A stretch of DNA of 62,689 nucleotides, filler included, from Sphacelaria rigidula (Eukaryota), in the NCBI GenBank assembly GCA_964200075.2. It is 11 parts of 11 records of this genome, joined end to end, with 100 filler letters (N's around TTAATTAATTAA, not from the genome) between each part and the next. Parts side by side here need not be neighbours in the genome. Positions count along the whole stretch, not along the records: positions 11,418 to 17,025 come from CAXNAA020025901.1; positions 17,126 to 22,733 come from CAXNAA020025902.1; positions 22,834 to 28,441 come from CAXNAA020025903.1; 8 more parts are not named here. One strand, 5' to 3'. Below the pieces are notes generated by a model, which saw nothing but the letters and a program-made list of their open reading frames with translations, had not been told where the DNA came from and searched no databases. Of the stretch, positions 11,501-23,079 are shown piece after piece (within the stretch, counting starts at the first letter, position 1; every line of letters starts with the position of its first letter). The position numbers were made by a program, and so were the translations under genes.

Positions 11501-13857
11501 TGTATGCGTTAGGTGATGTTCAAGGTCATCCCTAACGTCGGTAACGGAGATTGCGGACCGAGCTTGCTTTGCCAACATGTTAGGGAGAGCCCCCAGCCAG
11601 CAGGAAATGTTGGGGTTGCGCCAGGTCATTGTCGACGAGGTGAGCGCCGCCTTCAACACCTTTCGGGGTCGTCGATTGTGGTACGGTAGTGGCGCCGGGT
11701 GTCGTCGAGGTAGCGGTTGCATGATGCCACGGTGCTTGTCCCCTACGCCAATGGGATATATACCCTGTGGAATGGTAATGGTCGTGAGGGATCGGACTGT
11801 ATGTGGTGGTCGTGGGACTTGGAAAACCGTATCCATACGCTTGCCCCAGTGCTGGACATAGTTGTGGTGGCCCCAGTGTCGTGGTTGGTGATCCCACCTG
11901 CCCTACGAGCCTTTCCACATCATGCCTCACCTCGGGAGCCACCGTGTGCATGCGATGTATTGCCGTGATGGCTTGGACATGCACAAGGAATTGAAGGTTG
12001 GTCGCAAAGGAGGACTTGCAGTGCGTTGTTGGTCGACTCGCTACGCTTTGTGGTGCCATGTTGCGCAACATGCGTCGTTCCGAGTACACATGAAAGCTTG
12101 ATCGCCTACAGCTGTTTCCGTCCGTGTTTCGTCGTCGGCAACACTGGTGTCCACCATGAGAAAACTGAACACCCATTGCACGTCGCCCCTCTATTTCTTG
12201 CCTCCGCCTTCCCACGATGGTCTGTGTTCCGTGGTGCTGGTCTGCGTGCGGCGCCTTCCCTCACTGTACATGGGTGCAGGCACACAGCTTCGGACGGTTC
12301 CTCGGCTTTTTTTGCGGAGTGGACGACTTCGACGTCGCCATGATGAGAATGGGGGCACGTTGGCTGAGGACATGCTCCGCCCGGGGATTCTGGGGAATCA
12401 TTTTTCCATGGGCCCGTTTTGCGTTGCCTACAACGTACGTATGCACTTGTGTTGCTTTTTTTTATTGCACATATCCCCGACGAGTTCGTTCTATGCAGAA
12501 TGCACAGGCAAACATATGTACATCGATTGGTAGCATGCAGTCGACGCCTGGTGATGTTGAGTTCACCATAATACAAGTGGACACCAAGAACGTACTCGGA
12601 TTGGCCGCATCTGCACCCTACCCTGTGGCAACAATGAAAAATGCAGTCCCTCCACACAAGATAGTCATCGAAACGATCTCATTAATTTACTCGGCCGATT
12701 CACGAGCAATAATCCATACTAACGTGGTGGGACTGCCGCATTTCAGGAGAGGGTCAGACAGTAAGAACAGCAGCCATTTCAACAGAGTCCAAACAAGACC
12801 CTTCGCCTACCAGCATAGCACTGGGTCCCACTTTCAGGTGGGCAAGCCTGAACCTCGCGCGTATGCTCCAAAGTCAGGACCCAGGGGAGATGTGTACGAT
12901 GTGGTCAAGACCTTTCAACCGCTCGCCTCTGGCTCCCCGCGGGGAGGCGCGCTATCGACTGCGAATGTTTCCAGTGTGGTAGCAAGGGTGAGATTGAAGA
13001 AAAAAACTCCTATCCGATGAGCACTCGAGCTTATCACTCCCAACGTCTACGACCGAGTTGCAAATCTCCGCTTTTGATAAACCTCATTTCTTCTCCCCGT
13101 ATCGTTCCCAGATGCGCGTTCGATGCGTCGTTCACGAGGACAGTGCCCTCTACAATGAAGAGGGCAAGGCGGAAGAGTGGGGAGAAGATCGCCTAGTCAT
13201 GGATATCCTGCACTCCGGGGGTGCTTACCGGGATAAAATCCATTTCGAGGCGCTGACCAGGGTGATGGCTGACCAGGCTGCGGTGAGTTGTGCTTGCATG
13301 TGAGGGCCTGGACTGACCCGCACGGCAAGGCAAATTCACCGCGTGGAACCGTTACTCGCGCGGTCTTTCATCTCTGTGCCGCGATAGGGTTTTTGTGTGG
13401 CTTGACATATCGGGGGTGTCACCGCCGAGGAGGGAAGAGGGCAAATATTGGTTCGAGTCCCGGGTCTCATGGTGGCGTACTGTACCACGACCGAGAAACG
13501 AATGCCCTTCGTCATGATCGTACAATTACAGGTAGCTGGCATAAGTAGTACATGGAGGTCCAAATGAAGCGAGCCTCTGAGGATGACACATGTCTTCTGC
13601 CCCGTGATCCAACGCGAGACGCTACTACCAACAAGTCGCCCCACTTCGAGATCTTAAATCCTGTAGTTACTTCCTTGGAACCGTCGTCGTGAGCAGCAAG
13701 TGTTAACCTAGTAGATAATCAAGTCACATCATGCCCCAAGCGCCACAACAAAGATAGCAAACCCTGTTCTCGTGCCCAGCGCCAATTGCTACGCACCCCC
13801 GACCCCGTTGCGGTCGGTCATTCTTCCTGACATTCTCCCCGATCACCTACCCCATCT

Positions 13858-15582
13858 AACGAACACACACATACACGAAGTAACCGTGTCTCCCCGTCTC
13901 TTTCCCTCTGCCTTTGCCTTTGCCTCCGCCGCGCTACTTCATCGTCTCTGCTGTATTCTCTCTCATACACACACTCTCTTCTTTCTTTCTCTCCCGCACA
14001 CTGACGTGTAATACTCTCACCGACTCCATGGGCTTTGCGAGGAATAATCCATTACAACTGACATAGTACACATTCATGGTGTTTCGAAGTGAAGACCTCA
14101 GCGTCGTCGAGAGCCAAAGGTGACCTTGATTGCGCAGCCCGCTAGCCCCACAGCGACCGCCACCCCTCCGATCTTCGCGACTCGACGCCACTTATCCCCT
14201 CCATTTCCCCTAGACAACGTCTCTCCCGCTGAGACGCGGTTGACACCGTCATCGGGACGGCTATCCTCGTTCGCGGTCTCGTCGTCAATTGTAACGCCCT
14301 CTTCGGCGCTACGTGGTGCACCCCTACTGCGCTCTCGCTCTCGAGACACAGCAGGGGTGCACCACGCAGTGCCGAAGAGAGGGGCACGAGTGACAACATA
14401 TCCGCGAATGAGAATCACCGTCCCGATGACGGTGTGGATCATGTTCCAGCTGGGGAGACTGAATCTAGTAGAGATGGTGGGAACAAGTGGCGTCGAGTCG
14501 CAATGATGGGCGGGGTGGCGGTCGCCATGGGGCTAGCGGGCTGCGGGCTGGGCGATCAAGGTCGCCTTTGGCTCTCGACGACGCTGATGTTTTCGCACAC
14601 CACGCAGCTGGGGTGCACAAAACAGCGCCGAAGAGGCGGTTACGACTCACAACTCCACCACAAGTGAGGATAATCGTTCCAATGACGGTGTGGACCATGT
14701 TCCGCGGGAGGGAACTAGTGGCGTCGGGCTGCCAAGATCGGCGGGGTAGCGGTCGCTCTGGGGCTAGCGGGCTGGGCGATCAAGGCCGCCTTTGGCTCTC
14801 GACGATGCTGAGGCGTCGACGGCACTTGTCCCTACCATCTCCACCAGACTCTGTCTCCTCCCCTGGAACATGATCCGCATCGACAGTTGATCCTCACTTG
14901 TGGTAGCGCTATCAATCTTAACCCCCCTCTTCGGCGGTGCGTGGTGCACTCCTGCTGCGTGGCTCACTCTCGCTTTCGAGAGAAGGCCACGGCTCCGGCG
15001 GCGGCTTCGGCTTTCCGCAAGCGTGCGGAGCACATCCCTTGGAAAATATATCTGGTTTTGTAAGGGATGTGCTCTGCACGCTCGCGTAAAGCCGAAGCCG
15101 CCGCCGGAGCCGTGGCCTTCTCTCGAAAGTGAGAGTGAGCCACGCAGCAGGAATGCGCCACGCAGCGCCGAAGAGGGGGGTTAAGATTGATAGCGCTACC
15201 ACAAGTGAGGATCAACTGTCGATGCGGATCATGTTCCTGGGGAGGAGATGGAGTCTGGTGGAGATGGTAGGGACAAGTGGCGTCGAGTTGCCCAGGTCGG
15301 CGGGGTGGCGGTCACTGTTGAGCTGGCGGGCTGGGCGATCAAGGTCGCCTTTTGCTCTCGACGACGCTGAGGTTTTCGCTTCGAAACGTCGTCTTTGTGT
15401 ACTGTGTTAGTTGTAATGGATTATACCCTCGCAGAGCCCAGGAAGTCGGGAAGAGTAACACGTCAGTGTGCGGCAGATAAAGAAGTAAGAGAGTATGTGT
15501 ATGAGGGAGAGTGCAATCGTGATGAAGTAGCGCGGCGGAGACAAAGGCAAAGGCAGACACGGTTACCACGTGTGTGTTCGTT
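13858..15582. repeat. Foldback-like nested palindrome complex
   Basis: Outer inverted arms at about 13858-14210 and 15240-15582. Inner near-perfect palindrome 14823-15040 / 15062-15279 with a 21-nt loop. Second, more diverged palindrome at about 14101-14330 / 14350-14585, plus extra partial unit copies. Confidence 0.85.
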
Positions 15583-17839
15583 CAACGTGGTAATGTAGCT
15601 TACGCTGGGCTTCCGTGTAGATTCTGCGAGTACGAGTGTGTGGAAAAGCAGAAATTAAGAGGACTTGTGGTGTGTGAAGCGAACCTTGGTACCCCGTCTA
15701 CAGACTCAAGCCAATCACTGCCTACAGTACGACAATGACGGCGGTGCGCAAGAATGGGTGAAGAAGAGATTTGGTACCTGACACACATATACTGGGTTTT
15801 TCAGGTGGACGACCAAGAACTAGGCGTGTGTTTGCCGAGTCGTGATCTTCGTCTGTTGCTTTATCCTTTGTACTGATTTACAAAGATGTACAATTTTGTG
15901 TTTCGATAAGATGTTTGTGGGACGGAAAAGCACTTCATGTTGAGGGACAAAGGGGCGCTGGCTGACGTTGATGCACCTGACGCATCGAGTTCAACTGAAT
16001 GGACCTCGTGCAGTAGCTGCAACGAAAAAGCTCTATGCTTACAACTCTGTGCCGATAGTTTTGCTGACCCGATCCATCGACATGCAGGACTGTCGAGTCA
16101 TCTGCTCGCATTTTTCTCCTGAATGGGTCGATTATGCTTGAAGGCGCTGCCGTTTTGAATTCGTCCACGCGCATGCAATGACGTTTGATGAGTGCATCAG
16201 ACACCATCACACAGGGTTCAGATGTGATCCTGTCGTGAAGGGCTTTTGCTGGAGCGATCGTCGGTGGAAGTGGTGGAGTGTTTCGGGAAATGGCCGTTTC
16301 GCATCTCATTCCGAAAGCATGTTGGCACCCCAGGTCACACACGTATCTTGCCGATTGTGAAGACAATGACAGAAATTCAGGTGTGCAGTGTGTCGGATCC
16401 AGTGTCGTTACCGTGTGTGTGTTGATCAGATTTGTAACCGTATGGGAATGTACGAGAAATCGTTTGATTATTGTGCCTAAACCTTGCAGCCCTCCTTGGA
16501 ATAGTATGTGGACGCTGTGGGCATGTGTGTGTTGACGTTTGGTCATTCATCATGCACATACGCAAAGAAAAGGTTTGAAGGAAGGGCGGGGGGTACCAAT
16601 TGTGCGTGGTGATTCGATGAGGTCGTGCTGTGACGAGGATATCTGGGTTGTTTTCATAGTATTATGGTGAAATGCCGAAATGGGCACAAGTATGTCCTTC
16701 CTCTTTTGGTGTTTGTCGAGTCAGAAAAATCGCGAGTGGAGCCGGTGGGTTCGCCGGTATCCACACGTTTTCGAGTGTTGCCCGTTGTTGTTGTGTGCTA
16801 AGCATGTGGCTCACGTCGCATTATGTCACATGATTGCCAGGAACACGGGACTTTTACAAATCGGGGATGGATCCTTTATTGGGGATGAAAACCCGGACAA
16901 ATAAACTCTTCGTATCCACACCAAATCTTCGAATCATGCTTCCATTTCTTCACTTACTGGAGTGATGCTGCGATAGGGTCTGCGCTTTTGCGGCCTGAGA
17001 GGAAATCGGGATTTAGGCATGTCGANNNNNNNNNNNNNNNNNNNNNNNNNNNNNNNNNNNNNNNNNNNNTTAATTAATTAANNNNNNNNNNNNNNNNNNN
17101 NNNNNNNNNNNNNNNNNNNNNNNNNCGTGTGTCAAAGGTGTTGAACTTGGCTTCAGGCTACGAGCCCGTGTTGGAGTCATTATTTCGTGTCGGTGAGCCA
17201 GCAAAAGAACTGAAAGAAACCAGACCCCCAACGAGTTCTAGGATTGGGATATGACAGTACGTTGAAGATATTCAACGAATACAAATAAAATGAACAATCT
17301 GGAGATTCTCACGGAAGACATCGAGAGGGAGAGAGACAGTAAGGAAGGGCGCGTGGAGGAGTCAAGAGTGGTCTGGGAAGGTACTAGTAGTGCTGGTGGT
17401 CGGAGTTCGTAGCGACCTGACGAGAGTAGTGTTTAAAAAAAATGCGATGAAGTTGGATTATACCGTTTGGCAATAGGAAAAGTTGAAAGGGAGGAAGAAC
17501 ACTTCCGAGCCACACTAAAGAAGAGAGCGAGCAAGTAGTGGGAAAGGATAGAAACGAGTAAGGTATCGGCATGCCTTAGAAGGGTAGGATGGAGAGTATG
17601 CATTGCTAACGGGATAACAAACCTAAGACGTAGTGCACGGGCAAACGGAGGGAAAGAGAGGCAGGAGCAGGTGAATGCCCGGAAGGGTAGGGAGAAGGGA
17701 CACAGCACCCCGAAACAAATGGACGAAGTCCAATCCGGCAAGGGGCAGAACAATCAAGCAAGGGAAAGTAGATGTAGGAGACACGGGAAAAGGATAGGAG
17801 ACAACAAGAGAACAGATACTGATTCGGAAGGGATGTTGA

Positions 17840-18501
17840 GAATGAATCGTGGAACGGGTGTGAATTCGGCACAGACGAGCGCAAAAGAAGAGACATAGCG
17901 TAACAAATGAGAAACACGATCTAGATATAGTAGGGATCCAAGAGTCATGGGAGAAAGAGGGGGTGAAATTAGGAAGCAGCACATGGATAAGGAAACAGCG
18001 GAAGGGACAGAAGGACAAGGGAAGGTGAGCTGGGGGAATAGGGTTTTTAGTCAAGGAATACCAGTGTGACATTGTAGAAGTGATCGATGACACAAAATTG
18101 GACGAGAGCATATAGATAAGGGTACCAGGAGAGCGGGGAACGAAGGGCTTCTTCGTAGAGAACATCTATATGCCCCCAGAATCGAAGAGTACGGTGGGCG
18201 GTATTCAGCGTGGGTTTGGAGAGATAGCAGCAGATGTACATAAGTATGAAAGGCAAGGAGATGTAATGTTAGTGCTAGATTTTTATGCAAGGGTAGGAAG
18301 AGCAGGTGAACCCGATGATATTGCTGGGCAATACGGGGAGGATAAGACGAACACGAATGGGGTAGAAGTGCTCAAGTTCCTTGAGCATCACGAGATGAAA
18401 ATGCTGAACGATAGGGTACCAAAGCCAAAGGCGCAATGGACATCGACGAGGCAATGCAAAGGAAAAACAGAACGCTCCGTTCTTGACTATCTAGTGGTAG
18501 A
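17840..18501 (+). mobile_element. LINE ORF2 APE endonuclease domain (degenerate)
   Basis: Motifs SWN, DLDIVGIQESW, GGIGFLVK, IYMPP, DFYARVG (for GDFNARVG), NTNGVEVLKF and RSVLDYLVV, in APE order. Confidence 0.9.
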
Positions 18502-21500
18502 TGTAGACTCTAGCCACCATTGCTACCCGAGGTCAGGGACATTTCAGGTAGAGTTGCGGGCCTGATTGCCGGACTCTGTGATGGTGACCTCCATGGCGAG
18601 TAGAGCCGGTTTTGCCACTCTGGTGGAGAGAGGCTATGGTCCTGTTCTCCTGTATTATGCTGAAGGTTAATACATAAATAACTAAACCTGCTGAAGCCCA
18701 TATGCCCGTGATGGGAGGAGTCTACTTGGCAATCTGATCTTGAGTGACAGGAGTCTACAATGAACCTTCATTAAGACCACTGAGGCGGTAGGTCCGCTAA
18801 AAAGCAGCTGACACGTCAAGATAGTAAAGTCTGCAAGCCTGATCAGTTTGCAGCAAACAAGACCAGCTCAAGGCGTGTTAACGTCGCGAGGAGTTGGGGG
18901 AGTAGAGCCGAGGAGGTTCTGAGGCAGTGCTAGGTTTCGCTGTGGTATCGCTCGTGCGAGACGTGCGGGGGGTTGACCGACAGCTGGCGAGCCCGTGCAC
19001 GTTCCAGAAAAGCGGCGAAATTGTTGCCTGGTGGGGCCAGCGAGAGTTGCTCGTTCCACGCTTGGCCAGGTACGGTCAAGAAGAGGAATCTAAGGACTTC
19101 AAACCCGTGGTGAGACTTGCGTGAGGAAGAGGCGCTGTGGCCATTGTCGTTTGGTGGCCTAGCGCGTCTTGGTGTAAGGAGAGAGCTGTTGTTCCTGTGA
19201 GTGGGAGGCGACTAGGTTTTTCAAAAAAGAGTGTGGAATGCTGTACTGCTGACCGAAATGTACGAGGTGCAGGAGTATGTCGCGGTGGATGGCCATGTTG
19301 TTCGTGCGCCGCAACGATATGTTGTTATCGATGGTCGCGCTGTCCTTGTACGATTTCTGGATATGCCCTACTACGATCGCAAGTTCTCAAGTGAAAAATC
19401 TGTTTAGTTTCTGCGGAAGTATGAGGACTACCTTCGTAAGGTGCACGCAATGAACGAGCGTCAAGCACGCTGGCACGTTGTTGAGGAGCCAGCGGTCTCT
19501 GACCTCATGCCCGCACATATCGAATACTGTCTATGTGACACATTTCTGGGTGGTGCGAATGATGTTGGGCAAAAGAAATTGTTATTTGCGCTGCGTAAGC
19601 ATGCATCTTATGGATCGCCGAGTGTGGGGCAAGGTAGCGTAAAGGTCGGCGGCGGTGAAAACTGGCACGACATTTTGACGGGCAAGAGGCCTGTCCGAGT
19701 GCGCAGGCACGAGACTGCTAGAGGCGCTACCGCTATTGCCGTCAAGGAGCAAGCCGGACAGAAGGTGGCGGCTGTAGCGAGTATGGGTGATACTGCTGCT
19801 GCTGCTGCTGGCGATGTTGAGAGAGCGAGGCCTACATGGGCCAATGAGCAAGTTCTGGTGGGCGGAGGTCCCAGTTGCTTGTTGCCGCCGGACCAGCGCG
19901 TAGCTGGAGATACTCCTTGCATGCTCGAAGCTGCGGGGGGGTGTTACTCGCGTATCGCGAGCGAGCAGGGTGAGCCAGGATCTTGCCGTGCTCATGGTGA
20001 ATCTATCTGCGCCGGTGACATGGCGGGAGATCGTTCAGATGATTCGCAGGGATGTCTGCTTGAAGGACAGGTGGATGCCGGGTTGGCGGAATTGCCGCCG
20101 GAGCAGCTCGTAGCTGTGGACGCGCCTTGCATGCTCGAAGCTGCAGGGGGGTGTTACCTGCGTGAAGCGGGTACGTAGAGCGAGCTACAAGCTCATGATG
20201 CTATTAGCGATCACTATTCTGACGGCGACGACGAGCGTCGTTGGGGTGGTCGTGTGCACTGCTGTATGCATGGACAGGTTTGGCGTATTTGGCGGTGTTG
20301 ATCGCGGTGTCTTTGCCGCTGTACGGTCAGATGCTGGAAGAGGATGGCGTGATGCCATCGGGAGGTGTTGCTGTGCGGGACTGTGTAGCTGTTCCCGTTT
20401 CGCCTCTTGTTCCCTCTGATAAAGTTGATTTGAGCGCTTGTTGAGAAGGAGGAAACACATCATGACTGGTATTCACAAATCGATTTGAGAATGATTGCAG
20501 CTTGTTATTGTGTGGTTTGTGGTCATGTTTGCGCATGAGACATGGTTGTTGAGCGAGTATGATCGTGTCGCGTGTGCAGGGTAAAACTCGGGCGTACACG
20601 TGGGTATTTGGCATGTGTGTGTTACGCTGATCTGGTTAGCACGGACGATGCATGGTGTTTGCTGCGAGGAAGGTGGCATTGCATGTGCTGAGTGAGATAT
20701 TGGCATGCATGTGAGGATCTTCACATGCTGAGTGTAAATTTGGCAGGCATGTGCGATTTTTTGCTCGAATGGTACTGGTATGAATGGTATCTGGTGACGA
20801 CCTAGTGTGGGGCAGTTTTCAATATACTGCTATATCCTGAATGAAGTGAAGCTCGTATAATCTTGTTCGCGCAGGAACACAGTCGAGCCATATTTGTGCG
20901 GTTTGCACGTACTGACTGCAGGATATATGGATTGCTGCTGTTACCGTGAAAACGAGCTAAAATATACGAAATGCATAGGCCCGTCGCCGTTGTTGGATTG
21001 GAATACATGGCTTGCAAAGCGGTTTGAGCCATGGCTTTCCTTTGATTTTCTTTATGAAATGAAGGCAAGTTGAAGCATTGAAGCTTTGACGGCGGGGAGG
21101 CATGCGCTGCATACGTTTCTACGGTGTTGTAGAAGCAAGAGGCCAGGTGATTTTCAGATGTGTTGGTTGCTTATTTCCATTTAGCGTGAGGATGATGTAT
21201 CATTTGGCTGTTGCACTTCGTTGCGCAGGTGTTGAAGGTACAAAGAGTGCATTTTGTATGTTGAGAAGTACCTTGTCTCGGATGAGAGGGACGATGAGTC
21301 ACGAATGCTCTGGAATTTAACGCTTGCTGACATTTCCGGTTTCGTGCCGATGAATAGTCAAGAGACTTGTTTCGGGCGAAGATTTGAGAAAATCACGCTA
21401 GCTATCGCTTGGTAACTCGAAGTGGTGCAAGTAGCGTGATTGCATGTTCATGATGGACGATGTTTTCTTGGGATCTCGTGCGAGTTGTTCCGACGTAGGG

Positions 21501-21862
21501 CAAGCTTGCATGAAGCTCTTGTCGAAAGCAGCGGAAGAGATTGTAATTCTTTGCTGAAAACGACGGTACTATCATGCACGAATGATGTCTGAGTTTGTCA
21601 AGCTCCGATGTAACTACTTGTTGGTAGTAGAGAGCTTTTGGGGTGCTGTAGACTCTAGCCACCATTGTTACCTAAGGTTAGGGACATCGTAGGTAGAGTT
21701 GCGGGTCTGCTTGCCGGACTCTGTGATAATGACCTCCATGGCGAGTAGAGCCGGTTTTGCTACTCTGGTGGAGAGAGGCTATGGTCCTGTTTTCCTGTAC
21801 TCTGCTGAGGGTTAATATCTAAATAACTAAAGCTGCTGAAGTCCATGTGCCCGTGATGGGAG
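18502..21862. mobile_element. LTR element inserted in the LINE, with a degenerate interior and a truncated right LTR
   Basis: Direct repeats of about 217 bp (18502-18718 and 21647-21862), both starting TGTAGACTC. The inverse GAGTCTACA lies at 18751-18759. The internal ORF 19441-20178 has a duplicated MLEAAGGCY segment. No RT or integrase recognised. Confidence 0.75.
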
Positions 21863-22485
21863 AATATTTGGATGCTCGAAACGACGAGTAATACAGTTTT
21901 GAGAGCAGAGTTGTGAACGTACTTACTTAAAACAAACAGAGACAGGAGGAAGTCCCGATGGCAATATAGCTTGAAGAACATGCAGAGAAAGAGATTGCCA
22001 GCCATGGTTGATAAGGCCGTATGGAAGAAAGGTACGAAAGAGCATGCTATAAGGTGGGATAGAGAAGTCGACAAAGTATGGACAGAGATGGGAGAGAATC
22101 AAGACGAAGTTCTGTTCACAGATGAAGGCGCGGGGAAAAAAATGAGAGATGTGATAGGAAATGAGGGGGAAAAAAGCTCTCTGGCGCAAAGTAGACGAGG
22201 AAGAAGATCTGGAGATATACGGGGGTTTGTGAGAGAGGGCATCGGGATGTGAGCATATTTGCATGGCCCAGTGGGCGCGGCGAAAAATATGAAACTGTGA
22301 TTTCGGGTGGGGGACCTGGACCTGCCAGAAAGAAGAAAGAGATGTACGAGTCGTCGCAAGGAGTCACAAAGTAGATGTGCAGAAATTGCCCCTGTGGCAA
22401 AACAATAAAGGGCAGAAGTCATATAGGGGCAGAATGTGAACTATACAAGGAGGAACGGAACGTGCTTAAGGGGGAAACGCGGGAC
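21863..22485 (+). mobile_element. LINE ORF2 post-RT / CCHC region
   Basis: NTVLRAEL, KRLPAMVDKAVWKK, FRVGDLDLPERRKR and CPCG...HI.AECELYKEER. Homologous to about 9000-9690. Confidence 0.9.
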
Positions 22486-22486
22486 T

Positions 22487-22733
22487 GTAGACTCCGGGCA
22501 ACATGGTTACCGTGGTTAGGTACATGACTGCAGTCGAGAAATTGCGCAGCAGGCGTTTAAGGCTGGTTGATGAATAACGGGTCTGAGAGTATAATCGGTG
22601 GACTCCGTGATGTATGATGTTTGCACACGAGGTGCGCCGGTCACTTCTGGTTTCAACGAAGACATAACAGCAAATTGTGCGAATTGAGGTTTAACTCTGA
22701 GATGAGGCTCAAGTGGGCAACCCGATTTGCGAA
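22487..22733. mobile_element. Start of a second, related LTR truncating the LINE
   Basis: LINE homology stops abruptly at TGTAGACTCCGGGCAACATGGTTACC, which resembles the LTR start TGTAGACTCTAGCCACCATTGTTACC. Confidence 0.6.
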
Positions 22734-23079
22734 NNNNNNNNNNNNNNNNNNNNNNNNNNNNNNNNNNNNNNNNNNNNTTAATTAATTAANNNNNNNNNNN
22801 NNNNNNNNNNNNNNNNNNNNNNNNNNNNNNNNNTCTCCAAAACTATGCTGTCCTTCTTTCAAACCTGGCGGGTGGACGGCGAAGCCGCAATCCCTCGGGT
22901 TAGGAGAGTCATATCAAAGTACAGTATAAACCGCGATCATAATTTGTCACGGTTTTGGTCGAACTTACTGCTTCGGGGTGTTGTTGGTAGACCCTGGCTT
23001 ACGGGGCCTTCAGGACCGATATGTATACAATTGAGACGTATACAGTATATACCGATCATACATCATGACCAGCTGAAGA

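Noticed and set aside
15900..17025. Degenerate coding region (also 41500-42700)
   Set aside because: No recognisable domain or consistent splice structure.
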